Of a stretch of DNA of 64,000 nt, positions 38,494-50,590 are shown piece after piece; within the stretch, counting starts at the first letter, position 1, and the number at the start of each line of letters is the position of its first letter. This DNA is from Octopus bimaculoides (Eukaryota): NCBI RefSeq assembly GCF_001194135.2, contig NC_068996.1:36402831-36466830 (forward strand), written 5' to 3'. The notes under the pieces were generated by a model. It was given only the letters and a program-made list of their open reading frames with translations, had not been told where the DNA came from and ran no database searches. The position numbers and the translations under genes are program-made.

Positions 38494-39769
38494 TTCGTGT
38501 AAGAAGCAGTTGTGACAGTGAAATGATATTTAGAAAACTGTGGAACTTCTTTGTTCAACTGGCGCCTCTTGAGAGAAAGACAAATATAGTGATGGTTGTA
38601 TGCGCATGTGTTTGTTTGTATGGGGTGGGTAGTGCCATAGTATGATGGTATTAAGGTAAGATGTTTACCCTGCAGCTAATATCTTTCAATAGAAGACTTG
38701 GTTAAATAAGATATACCGCGCACACTTAATATCCGTAAATGAGAAATGGCCATATTGTTTTATATGCGTGTATGTGTGTGCATGTATTTCCCGATAGAAG
38801 TGTTGGTTTTCAGTTCTTCAATCCCGAAGCTATTTTCCTCAGCTTGATTCATCGGTTGGACAAAGGTTTGTGTGTCACCACACACACCTACACACTAACA
38901 CACGCATACACGCATATACATTCATGCGCTCACTGATGCACGCATACGTACGTGTAGGCACGTACATATACAGGCAAATGCACGCGCGCGCTTACTCACA
39001 CAGGCACACACATTTCTCTGGTATAAGATTTTAGTTGGGTAATATCTACCCCTGCAACTAATATTCTTAGATTGGCTGCCGTGAGAGTCATTTGAGAAAG
39101 TCCTACTCTCGCATATAAACCGTTTTCTTTGTCTTTCAGCAGCTATTTTTTCTTATGGCTCGCCTACTTTTATTATAATTTATCAATTTTCTCTCATCTT
39201 ATTTAATGCTTCCCCCTGTTTCTTCTTGTTTATTTCCCTCCTCCCCTGCTTCACTTCCTTCCTTGATTTTAGACGTGTTTTCTCTATCACCCCTCTTCTC
39301 TTTCCTTTGCGTAGCCCATTTTTTCTCTAAAGAAACAAAATATCTTACCCTACTCCCAATTATCGCTTCGTCTTCTTTACTCCCTTTTATTGTCCCCCTC
39401 TCTTTTCTCATCCCTGGCCTAGCTCTCTCTCATTACCTCCCCCTCTCTCTTTAATAATCTTCAACTCTCTTTAATCTGTTATTTTCTCCTCCCACCTCCT
39501 CTTTCTACCCTATCGCCACTCATCACACATAAGGCGCGCGCGATCCCTGTTACGTTTTGTTTTTCTTAGCGCTTATTTCACTCACAATTCTAGCCTCACT
39601 AATTATATACAACTCCTCTTTAGTACAAGCCACCGTTATTTTTCTAGTCCTCTTTTCTTCACTCTCTCTTTCATATACACATGCATCACTCTTTCTCTCT
39701 ATTCCCTACTCTCTTGTAATATTCTTTCTTTCACGTTCAATCATTATATGCTTTCTTCATCCCTCTTAC

Positions 39770-39841
39770 TTAAAAAGTTGAGAGGTGATGTACTGAGTGA
39801 CTTCGAGGGGGAGGGGGGAACCTTCAATTAATTGAATTGCT
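39770..39841 (-). CDS. Candidate 72-nt exon, phase 2-2 (x-AIQLIEGSPLPLEVTQYITSQLF-x)
   Basis: Strong acceptor tttttgttttctttctctaacag|, donor TAA|GTAAGA, open frame, protein-like composition. Confidence 0.5.
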
Positions 39842-40807
39842 CTGTTAGAGAAAGAAAACAAAAACCTAACGGTAATTGTTAGTAGCTCTCATACCAAAAG
39901 GGAGATAATTTCAAGAAATTGAGCATTAATTTCACTAAATGGATTTAGGTGGAAATTGTGTTTGCAAAAGAGGGGAAACAACTACAAACCTGTTTTGGTA
40001 TTATTCGACCTCAACAGCAGTGTTTAGTTTACTCAAACCTACTTTGACAGTAGACAAGGTAATTACAAAGATATTTGGCTGGAATTATTTGCATAAATTT
40101 TTAAAAAACGGAAATGAGCCAAGGGAAATGACTCAAATAGATCAATGGAGTCTTATTTCTTCTACCTGGATGTTTCATAAATAAATATGTTGTTTTCGTG
40201 TATGTGTTCCCTATACTTTTCTTTGAGACTCTCTTATATTGAGTTGGTTTTCTTTTTCTCGCTTTCTGTCCCCTTCCTTAGCCCCGTCTCCGTTTGTCTT
40301 CCATTCCATCTTCTCTTTTGTATTATCTCTCTCACCTATTTGAATCTCACCGTCTCTATCTCTCCCCCTCCCTTTTCTCTAATACCCTTTTCCTTATCTC
40401 ACTCTCACCTTACTTCAGACGACCATCTCTCCCTCTTTCTTTTTCTTTCTTTCGACACTCCTCTTTTAGTTCCCTTTCCGGCTTTCTTATTTTGCTCTTT
40501 TCTTCACGTATACACGCTCTCCTCCCCTTCTTCGCTCGCGCTATCACTCACCGCTACCCTCTTACTATTTACACATCTGTTATCTCCTTACGTAAACTTG
40601 TTCTCTTCGTTTTTTTAAATGCTTTTTCTTAAGTTTTCCTTCTCTACTTGGCCGTCCACTTATCATTTATCTAATATTTCCTTCCTAATCTCCTTTGTTT
40701 TTAATTTACAACTCTTCCATTTTATAATTCTCTACTGACACTTTTTATATGTACTACATCTTAGTAATTCTAACCACAAAATAATTTTCAGTTATTGTTG
40801 TTTCGTT

Positions 40808-40857
<50 letters not shown>

Positions 40858-41899
40858 AGACCAAAGAAAAGAAAAGCTCTGGATCTTTGGAAATGCAGTT
40901 CTCAACATTTGCAAAGAAATGAGAAAGTCCTTTGTTTTTCTTTCAAGAACTTCTTGAAGTTTCAACCCACTTTTATTTCATATCCTCCCCTCTCTCTTTC
41001 ACCTTTCTTCTATAAATTACAATAATATCTATTTAGTCGACGATCGGTCATAGTCTAGAAAATCAATACTCAAGAGCATTCCAACCATGACCACCGTGTC
41101 TATTCAGTTAGCGGAATAAATTTTTCCAGTCTGTTTTTTACTTTTCTTTTTCAGACGAAGGTGATTTAGCTTTTGGGTTGCTATTTCTAGCATATTTAGT
41201 AACTGTATACTGGATACCTCTGTTTATTTGACTTGTTGCTTTATTGGTTGGTTATACTTCTGAATTCAGGGTGTTTTTTTTCCTTTAAAAGAATTTCACT
41301 TTTTGAGAGTCAACTCTATCGTCATCGTCGTTGCTATGATCATCATCAGGGGCTCTTTATTATGAATAACAAACAAGGGGTTTGCTTTCCGTAGAATCTA
41401 CAATATAGAGAGGTTAGCAACACAAGCTGAAACACAGCTGGTTCATGAGGACATAGGGAAAAGGTTGGGGATGGTGCTAATGTAAAACACTTTCGGTACA
41501 CTCTGTAAAGTGGTTGGCATTTGGAACAACATACAGCTATAGAAAGCAAGCCAAAAATAAAACATACGTGACGTGGCTCTCCGACTTGTCTAAAAACTTG
41601 AACCATGATGACCCATCTAACCCATGCTGGCATGAAAAGCAGACATAAAATGATGATGATGATAATGTTGCGTTATTACTAAATTCTATGTCTAGTGATT
41701 GACTTATTTATCGATTTCTTTTCTAAATACTATAAACAGAACAGTTTTGTTCTGAACCAACACTATTTTTGATTTCTTTGGCAAACAGCCATTAGCAGGT
41801 GATAACAATAATAACCAAAATATAGAACACAACTTAAACAGCATATACTGTTTGATTAATTCCTCCCCCCCCCAAAAAAAAAACGCCATGAAATGTCAT

Positions 41900-42740
41900 T
41901 GATTAACAGTTACAAGGCAATGGTGACTTGGCAGATAGCTAAAGGCTCCCAGAGTAAGAAGCTACTAGAAATGGTTATAGACTTCTGCAAGACAATAGCC
42001 AATTGGAAGCTTACTATGGACTCCAAGACAATGGTTAATTGGCAGATAGCTAGACTTGTGCCAGACGGTAAACAGTTGACTGATAGCTAGAGTATTCTGC
42101 AAGACAGCAAATTATTGATAGATAGCTGGAATCTTCTGCAAGACATCAAACAGTTGGCAGGTAGCTACAGTCTTCTACAAGAAGCAAACGGTTGGTAGTA
42201 GATGGCTAGAGTCTTCTGCAAGACAATAGTCAATTGGCATATTACATTTTTATTCTTTTTATTCTTTCACTTGTTTCAGTTATTTGGCTGTGGCCATGCT
42301 GGAGCACCGCCTTTAGTCGAACAAATCGACCCCAGGACTTATTCTTCATAAGCTTAGTACTTATTCTATCAATCTCTTTTGCTGAACCACTAAGTTACAG
42401 GGATATAATAAAAAACCAACAATGGTTGTCAAGCGATGGTGGGGAGAACAAACATACACGCACAAATGCATACACACACACGCACATACACATATATGAT
42501 GGGCTTCTTTCAGTTTCCGCCTACCAAATCCACTCACAAGGCTATGATCAGCCCAAGGCTATAGTAGAAGACACTTACCCAAGGTACCACATAGTGAGAG
42601 TGAACTTGGAACTTCATGGTTGGGAAGCAAGCTTCTTACCACACAGCCACTCCTGCTAGAATTCTGTAAGACAATTGTTGATTGTGGCATCTTGCTAAAA
42701 GCTCCTGCAAGATAATGCTCTACTATCGGGTAACTAGAGT
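41900..42740. repeat. Degenerate ~39-bp minisatellite interrupted by a SINE (42247-42656)
   Basis: Unit ~ctagagtcttctgcaagacaatagtcaattggcagatag starting at 42050, 42087, 42126, 42165 and 42206; resumes after 42656. Confidence 0.8.
42247..42656 (-). mobile_element. SINE family A, near full length
   Basis: Reverse complement of 34877-35280. Confidence 0.9.
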
Positions 42741-42956
42741 CTCAGTAGTACAATTGAAAGTTCAGTTGCTAAAGGAGAGGTCAATTATCACATAAAAATT
42801 AATTCAAAAGCCATAATATTCAACATAGATATCAATTTAATGGAAGGAGTGCATATCTTTAGTATATAATATTTGGTTTATATTCTTTTTGTTGTTTATA
42901 GTATATATGCAAGCTGCTGGGAGCAAATTAGAGGACCTTAGGACTTTACTTTAGAC

Positions 42957-43222
42957 TAGTGGTTCTCAACCAGGGTTCATATGACCCTTGGCAGGGTTCT
43001 GTATAAGATTTTGCTGTTCAAATTTATGTACAATAAATTGGTTATACTTCTACAATGCACAGAATATTTTAATAATTATTCTTATAACAATTCTTGATAA
43101 TATTTGATTATAAAAATATAATTGAATTTTTAAAAACATCAAATGTGTATAGGGCTCCAGTTGAGTAAAGACAGGAATCAAAGGGGTCCATAGATGTAAA
43201 AGAAAAATGGTTGAGATGCTTT
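42957..43222 (+). mobile_element. hAT-type MITE (TIR cagtggttctcaacc-like)
   Basis: tagtggttctcaaccagg...aatggttgag; related copies at 57465-57718, 59837-60742, and an end at ~11218. Confidence 0.7.
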
Positions 43223-43354
43223 TGCTAATTGTACTAGGCACCTGTGTCGTTGCTGGCAGAATGTACCTGTGTGGTTGTGGGCAGAGATAGACATCCTCTC
43301 AACTCCCACCCTTTAACCCTGCAGCACATCTAGAGGTGTGATAGTTGGCAGGAA

Positions 43355-43394
<40 letters not shown>

Positions 43395-43604
43395 GCACAA
43401 GCACTTGGCTGGTACTAATTTTCAGCTAATTTGACTGGAGCAACAGCAATATAAAATAAAATGTATTGCCCAACAGCAATATAAAATAAAATGTATTGCC
43501 AACACACCACTTAATCCAGGAATAGAATCCATACCGTCATCATGTGTTGAATACCCTATCCATGAAGCCACATGCCTTCATAGCACTTTACTTTTATATC
43601 TAGT

Positions 43605-43795
43605 AATATTGGTTTCAAATTTTGGCACAAGGCCAGCAATTTTGATTTCAGTTTTCACCTGATATTTATTTTATCGATCACAAGAGGATGAAAGGCAAAG
43701 TTGACCTTGGCAGGATTCGAACCCAGAATGTAAAGACTGGATGGTCTGTCACTAAGCATTTTGCCTAGTGTACTAACGACTCTGCCAGCTCACAG
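43605..43795 (-). mobile_element. SINE family C
   Basis: ggatgaaaggcaaagttgaccttggcaggattcgaacccagaatg...ctaacgactctgccagctcac. Confidence 0.75.
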
Positions 43796-44056
43796 TCTCA
43801 GCTACATCTGGTAATATTAATAAGTTTCATATATTGAGTACTTATCATATGATATATTCTATGCATTACTAAATATATTAAGATGTACTGTAATAATACT
43901 AACTTTAACAAGCTCTCACATCTCTGGTTTTCAGTATACTGTATACTGTAATATATATTATTTAATATATAGTATATTATATACTAAGATGTGCTTTAAA
44001 GTATTCTGCAACACATATTTATTTAGTCTTGAAATGTTTAGGACTTTATATATACA

Positions 44057-44205
44057 TCATCATCATCATCATCGTTTAACGTCCGCTTTCCATGCTAGCA
44101 TGGGTTGGATGACTTGACTGAGGACTGGTGAAACCGGATGGCAACACCAGGCTCCAATCTAAATTTGGCAGAGTTTCTACAGCTGGATGCCCTTCCTAAC
44201 GCCAA

Positions 44206-44207
<2 letters not shown>
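44057..44207 (-). mobile_element. RTE-like 3' end with (ATG)n tail, truncated
   Basis: Near-identical to the start of 7165-7525. Confidence 0.8.
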
Positions 44208-44266
<59 letters not shown>

Positions 44267-44899
44267 GTTGTAAATGAGTGTCACTGTCAGACAAGCAGTG
44301 TTGTTCATTTTCAGTATTCTGTGAAAACATGTCTGGCCGTGGGGAGGAGGGATATTACTTTACTTGTAAACAAATGCAGGTTGGCAACAGGAAAGGCATT
44401 CAGCCAGAGAAAATCTGCCTCTATAAATTTTGTCCAACCTATGATATTTGATTATATAATTATTAGGGAAGAAGGAAAAATAAACACAAACTTCCCAATT
44501 TGACCTTTCCCTGGAATATTTATAGAATGTTTATGTACTGAGTTGAACTAATGGGTGAGCTTCTACAGGGTCACTAGACCTCCTAAAAGCAACAGTCAAA
44601 CTTATTGTGGTATTTAATTTCATCCTTTTTATGTTCTCAGATGCTTTCTCCACACCTGTTTTGTCTTCATTCTATATACCTTTGCCTGCTTCACATCCAC
44701 TCAGACCTATTCTACACATCTATTTCACCTTCTCTCAGACCCATTCAACATACTTGTCTCACCTTCTCACCATTTTTTTTTTTACTAATCTAGTTTCAAG
44801 CTTTATACACACTCATTGTTTTCAATTCCAATTGTTGTTTGAACCAGCTCTTTTGATTATCAACCCTGTCTTAATTTACTTATAATTTATGTACCAGTA

Positions 44900-45210
44900 A
44901 TACCAGGACTTAATCGTTCTAAGCTTAGTACTTATTCAATTGGTCTCATTTTACCGAATCACTATGTTATGGGGACATAAATACACCTGCATTGGTTGTC
45001 AGCGATGGTGGGTAGGTGGGTGGGGGGATAAATACAGACACATGCACATAAATATATATATTATTTCAGTTTCTGTCTACTAAATCCACTCACAAGGCTT
45101 TGGTCTCCCTGAGGCTATAGTAAAAGACACTTACCCAAGGTGCATGTAGTGGGACTGAACCCAGAACCATGTAGTTGGGAAGCAAGCTTCTTACCACACA
45201 GCCACTCTTG
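44900..45210 (-). mobile_element. SINE family A
   Basis: Body and head in reverse orientation. Confidence 0.85.
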
Positions 45211-45600
45211 TGTCTTTGTTCAATTTCATGATTGCATTGGATCACTATGTCTCACAGAATCTTTATCTTGTTATTCTTGATTACTCCTGCAAGGGTTTGC
45301 CTGTACCATGTCCTTTGTTCTATCCAATGCATACCTTTATTATTGTTATTTAGTAGTAATGGTGGTGGTGGTGGTGGTAGTAGTAATAGTAGTAGCAGCA
45401 GCAGCAGTAGTATACACAGTGATGTTTCTGTTATGTCAAACCAGAAAAACAAAACAAAACTCTCTCACCCCAACTGCTTTCAAAAGGAAAGAAATTAAAA
45501 AAATAATACTAAAAAAAAAGGGAAGAAAAAAAAAAACACTGCAAACAGTTTGTTGTTTCTTATGCTGAAACTCTTGTACATTAATTCTTGCGAAACTTAC

Positions 45601-45634
45601 TGTGTTCTCAGTGATTTCAACATGGGAAATGGTT
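45601..45634 (-). CDS. Candidate 34-nt exon (phase 1-2: E-PFPMLKSLRT-x)
   Basis: ccttccaatttcttcag| acceptor and ACA|GTAAGT donor; open in phase 1 and phase 2. Confidence 0.45.
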
Positions 45635-46454
45635 CTGAAGAAATTGGAAGGCTGCCACACTTGTACTAATAATAATAATAATAATATTTGATGGTTGGTT
45701 ACTTCATTCATTAGCAATAATTATGGTTTTATTATGGAAGATAATGTTACCGTGGCAATTTGAAAATTATAGCCCTCTGCAAGTACTATCACTTAATGTC
45801 TGTCTGTCTGTCTCTCGTATGTATCTCTCTTTTGATATATACATAGAGATGTAGAAAAAATAGACAGATAGATAGATGGATGGACAGACGGACGGACAGA
45901 CAAAGATATAGATAGCTAGAGATAGCTGGAGACACATCACTCTTGCTGAAGTACAGAAAATGTTTATCTTCTCATTTCATTTGGTTTTACATCCATTTTT
46001 TCTCATGCCAGTATAGTTCCAATGAATATATTATTATTGAGGCATTGTTTTACCAGTGAGATACCCTTTCTGTCTCAAACTGTTACATGTTTTTTCAAGT
46101 AAGAGAGTTCTTTGAAAGCACTAAGAACAGCAAATGACAACAATGTACCGCTTGTAGCTCAGATATTTCAGAGAAGTGCAAATGTAAACAAGCACGCACG
46201 CACGCACACACACGCATGCACGCACACACACATGCATGCACGCACACACACACACACATACACACACACTGCATCACTGAAATTTTCTCTGTTTTCCCAT
46301 TTCCCGACAGGAACCAACTGTTTATGCTCTCTTTTGAACAATGTTCCATTCCCCCTCTACTCTCTAGATTACTATTGTTATTCAACTCCTTGTCTTTAAA
46401 CTCAAGCCTCCGCTTATCACACCACAACAATCCCCATCTCTTAAGCTATTTGTG

Positions 46455-46890
46455 CTTAACCCCTTGGCATTCAAATTTTTCTATCGAATGTAATGCTTAT
46501 TTATTCACATTATTTTGAATCAACCATGCATTATCTCATAGCTTTGAGATTTCAGTGATGTGATTGTTTATTTTTAGAATGACATTGTAGGGTGGGTGTG
46601 AGAGGCTGGATTCCGGTCACTTTGAACATAAAAGTAGGCAGAATATTTAGGTTGGATATGGCTGTTTTAATCCTTCAACATTCAGATTATTTTGTCAAAT
46701 ATAATGCTTATTTATTCATGTTTTGAATTAATCATGCATTATCTTGTAGCTTCAAGTTTTCAATGAAGTGGTTGTTTGTTTTTTTAGAACAACATTGTTG
46801 AGTAAATATTAGAGGTCAGGTCTTGTAGGCTTGAACTTAAAACGAGTAGAATATTTGGACCAAATATGGCCAGCTTAAATGCTAAAACTT
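46455..46890 (+). mobile_element. piggyBac-like MITE, tandem dimer
   Basis: Begins ttaa-cccttggcatt and ends aatgctaaaact-ttaa; two ~215-bp similar units; a reversed relative lies at ~52200-52600. Confidence 0.55.
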
Positions 46891-46940
46891 TAAGCTTGTT
46901 GCCACATTCCCTAAATCCTCTGTCAAATCAACAAACTCAC

Positions 46941-47069
46941 AAGATGAAATGTTTGCTTCCTCATCCCTGCAAGAGGCTTTCAAGGGACGATGCTTAGTTC
47001 TGGTTCCATTTTGTGAAGCAGTTGAGATGTACTTATCTTCCCCCACCCTGCCATTGGATTTAAAACAAC
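46941..47069 (-). CDS. Candidate 129-nt cassette exon, phase 1-1 (GCFKSNGRVGEDKYISTASQNGTRTKHRPLKASCRDEEANISS)
   Basis: Branch-like ttaac plus catttacctgttatag| acceptor, CTT|GTGAGT donor; only the phase-1 frame is open. Confidence 0.4.
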
Positions 47070-47793
47070 CTATAACAGGTAAATGAGTTAATATTGTAGT
47101 AACAATAAATGAAACAGGTGAACATGGAGTTAGTGAGGGAGTTGTAATGTAATGGTAAGTGGAGTTTTGTTTCTTTGAAAGATGTGCTTGAGGGGATCTC
47201 ACTACTTCATTAGAAAACATAAGATATACGGATGGTCTCCAGCTTTAATAGTTAGATTTAAACAATATAAATAAAGTCTTTGATAAAAACACACACACAC
47301 ATCCATGCATGCACACAGAGAGGATCAAGTGAGAATTTCAACCAAATGATTTGCTAGAAATAACAATCAAAATTCTCTTAATTTTCTCTCTCTCCCTTTC
47401 TTTCTCTCACCCTTTCTCTCTCCCTCTCTCTCTCCTTCTCTCTCTCTCTCCCTCCCTCCCCCTCTCTCCCTCTCCCCTCTCTCTCCCTCTCCCCTCTCTC
47501 TCTGTGCCTCTTTCTCTCTGCCTCTCTCTCTCTGCCTCTCTCTCTGTGCCTCTCTCTCTCTCTTGCCTGTCTTTAGAAAGAAAAAAATGCATTGGATAAT
47601 GTAATTATGAATATACAAAAAAAAAAAAAGGCTAGATGGTCACAGCTGGAAGATCTTTGATCATAGATCTGTTCTGACAGAGCTGCCTGCCCTAAATCTT
47701 AAACAGAAACACTGACAACAGTAATGATTTCAAATAGTAGACCTCCCTCCCCCATCACCCATCTCGCCTTCCTCGAGCACTCTTAAACCTTAC

Positions 47794-47811
47794 CTGTAGA
47801 TTTCACTACAC
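47794..47811 (-). CDS. Candidate 18-nt microexon GTGTAGTGAAATCTACAG (G-VVKST)
   Basis: Long U-rich tract ending aaactaacag| and donor CAG|GTAAGG; frame-preserving. Confidence 0.5.
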
Positions 47812-48035
47812 CTGTTAGTTTAAACAGAAAGTAAAAAAAAAGAAAAAAAACAGAAAAAAAATCTCTCTCCACCTTCAGTTATTCTGTAGCATTATTCAAT
47901 AAATACCAAATTTATATAAATGCACTCAATGACACTGGATATCGCGAACAGAATATACGTTTTGTAACTAAGTAGAATGCTGTTAGCACCTGGTAAACAT
48001 TAATGTTAATAATACAAATTAGATATTTTACTCAC

Positions 48036-48062
48036 CTTTTATTTTGTTTATTCTATTAGCAG
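48036..48062 (-). CDS. Candidate 27-nt microexon (A-ANRINKIK)
   Basis: Strong donor AAG|GTGAGT, weak acceptor ttattattag|; open only in phase 1. Confidence 0.3.
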
Positions 48063-48123
48063 CTAATAATAATTTGTTTATTTGGCTTAGAGTCTATGTA
48101 TATGCATATATATGTATATATGC

Positions 48124-48180
<57 letters not shown>

Positions 48181-48654
48181 NNNNNNNNNNNNNNNNNNNN
48201 NNNNNNNNNNNNNNNNNNNNNNNNNNNNNNNNNNNNNNNNNNNNNNNNNNNNNNNNNNNNNNNNNNNNNNNNNNNNNNNNNNNNNNNNNNNNNNNNNNNN
48301 NNNNNNNNNNNNNNNNNNNNNNNNNNNNNNNNNNNNNNNNNNNNNNNNNNNNNNNNNNNNNNNNNNNNNNNNNNNNNNNNNNNNNNNNNNNNNNNNNNNN
48401 NNNNNNNNNNNNNNNNNNNNNNNNNNNNNNNNNNNNNNNNNNNNNNNNNNNNNNNNNNNNNNNNNNNNNNNNNNNNNNNNNNNNNNNNNNNNNNNNNNNN
48501 NNNNNNNNNNNNNNNNNNNNNNNNNNNNNNNNNNNNNNNNNNNNNNNNNNNNNNNNNNNNNNNNNNNNNNNNNNNNNNNNNNNNNNNNNNNNNNNNNNNN
48601 NNNNNNNNNNNNNNNNNNNNNNNNNNNNNNNNNNNNNNNNNNNNNNNNNNNNNN

Positions 48655-48704
<50 letters not shown>

Positions 48705-48770
48705 TATATATATATATTCATATATATATATGCACATATATATGCATATATATATATTCATATATATATA

Positions 48771-48809
<39 letters not shown>

Positions 48810-48974
48810 GCATATATATGCATACGTATATATGTATATGTATATGCATATATATATATGCATACATATGTATGCATATTTTTATATATATATGTATATA
48901 TCTGTCTTTCAAAGTACTTTATTCTAGCACTTATTAAAGCATCATGTCTTTTATCTATAATTAATTAATTATTA

Positions 48975-49049
<75 letters not shown>

Positions 49050-49494
49050 CATTATTATTATTATCATTATTATTATTATGTTTTTTTGGCAGTGCTTCAG
49101 ATGATTTTATTATAAGTCATTCTGCCATTGTCTGAGAGAAATATCTAAGGGAAATATTTACATTAATTACTTCACTAATTACAACATAATTCTAAGTAAA
49201 ACTAATTATTTATTTATCATATTATTTCAAACATTGGTAAATCCCAAAGAAATGAATCACTTTACAAGGCAATGCTTTTTCTTTTCTTTTTTTTTTTTTT
49301 TTGCAACAAAAAGAAGCATCAGTACATTGTCACAAGACATGCCTGCTAGAAATAACAGCTAAATAACCCTTAAACTTGATCCTCCTGTCTTATGAAACAA
49401 ATTGCTTAAACATATTAGTTAATTTAATATTAGAATCACTGCATCTGAATAAAAGGCAGAATGATTTTAAAAAATCTTTTAGTCAGGAAGAAGG

Positions 49495-49810
49495 TATGTG
49501 GCATAGTGGTTAGGGTATTTTGCTCCCAATCGTAAGGTCATGAGTTCAATTCCCAGCAGCATATTGTATCCTTGAGCAAAACATTTTATTTCACATTGTT
49601 CAAGTTTACTCAACTGGTAAAAATGAATTGTACCTGTAATTCAAAAGGGCCAGCCTTGTCACATTCTGTGTCACACTGAATCTCCTGTTCTATATTAATG
49701 GTACACGTGTCACTGAGGTGCTTTGTTACTTGCACCTTAATTGCATGAGCAGGTTGTTCTGTTGGTTGGATCAACTAGAACCCTCATTGTTGTAACCAAC
49801 AGAGTACCCA
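49495..49810 (+). mobile_element. SINE family B (tRNA head, CORE-like gtatccttgagcaaaacatt)
   Basis: tggcatagtggttaggg A-box, gagttcaattccc B-box, shared tail. Confidence 0.85.
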
Positions 49811-49939
49811 TAAAAGTCAGGTGGGGGAGGAACAACTTACAAAAGGGCTTCTGACAATGGTGGACAGAAGGGAAGAAAAAGAGGAGTAATCCTCAGACTA
49901 GAAGTCTAATAAAATTACTTACAACAGAATAGGATTTTT

Positions 49940-50310
49940 TTTGGGAGTGGTTCCGGTTTCAGTCCCATTGCATGGCACCTTGGGCAAGTGTCTTCTACTA
50001 TAGCCTCGGGTCGACCAAAGCCTTGTGAGTGGATTTGGTAGGCAGAAACTGAAATAACCCCGTCGTATATATATGTATGTGTGTGTATGTATGTTTATGT
50101 GTCTGTTTTTGCCCCCCCCCCTCCATCGCTCGACAACTGATGCTGGTGTGTTTGCATCCCTGTAACTTAGCAGTTCAGCAAAAGAGGCCAATAGAATAAG
50201 TACTAGGCTTATAAAGAATTAGTCCTGGGGGTGATGTACTTGACTAAAGGTGGTGCTCCAGCATGGCTGCATTCAGATGACTGAAACAAAATAAAAGAAT
50301 AAAAGAGTAC
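49940..50310 (+). mobile_element. SINE family A
   Basis: ggcaccttgggcaagtgtcttctactatagcc through aaaataaaagaataaaagag. Confidence 0.85.
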
Positions 50311-50336
50311 CAAACATATGCATCCATATGAGTTGA

Positions 50337-50590
50337 AGGCACATGGTCTAGTGGTTAAGCTGTTGCACACATGATTGCTAGATCGTGGGTTTGATTCCCT
50401 GACTGGGCAGTGCATTGTGTTCTTGAGCAAGACACTTCATTTCCCATTGCTTCAGTCCCCTTCGATCAGGGGGGTAATGTTGGCCTGCTCTCTTAGCCAG
50501 TGGGGTGGCATCATTTGAAGGTTAAAACAATGCAAAGCACATTATGACCAGCGATGTGTAACAACATCTGATAGCCTGGTCTGTCACATG
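50337..50590 (+). mobile_element. tRNA/CORE SINE related to family B
   Basis: tggtctagtgg A-box, ggtttgattcc B-box, tgtgttcttgagcaagacact CORE-like segment. Confidence 0.7.

Noticed and set aside
38807-38870. Plus-strand 52-nt exon-like segment (FFNPEAIFLSLIHRLDK)
   Set aside because: Weak donor (GTTTGT) and no partner exons identified on that strand.
43441-43500. 30-bp perfect tandem duplication
   Set aside because: Lies inside a decayed SINE; an ordinary slippage event.
46085-46135. 34-nt minus-strand exon-like segment (AFKELSYLKKH) as a mutually exclusive partner of 45601-45634
   Set aside because: Weak donor, no similarity to the other exon, and a stop in the frame used by the main chain.
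49495-49560. tRNA-like A and B boxes (also at 50337, 60838, 34877)
   Set aside because: These are SINE heads without a complete cloverleaf; no true tRNA gene called.
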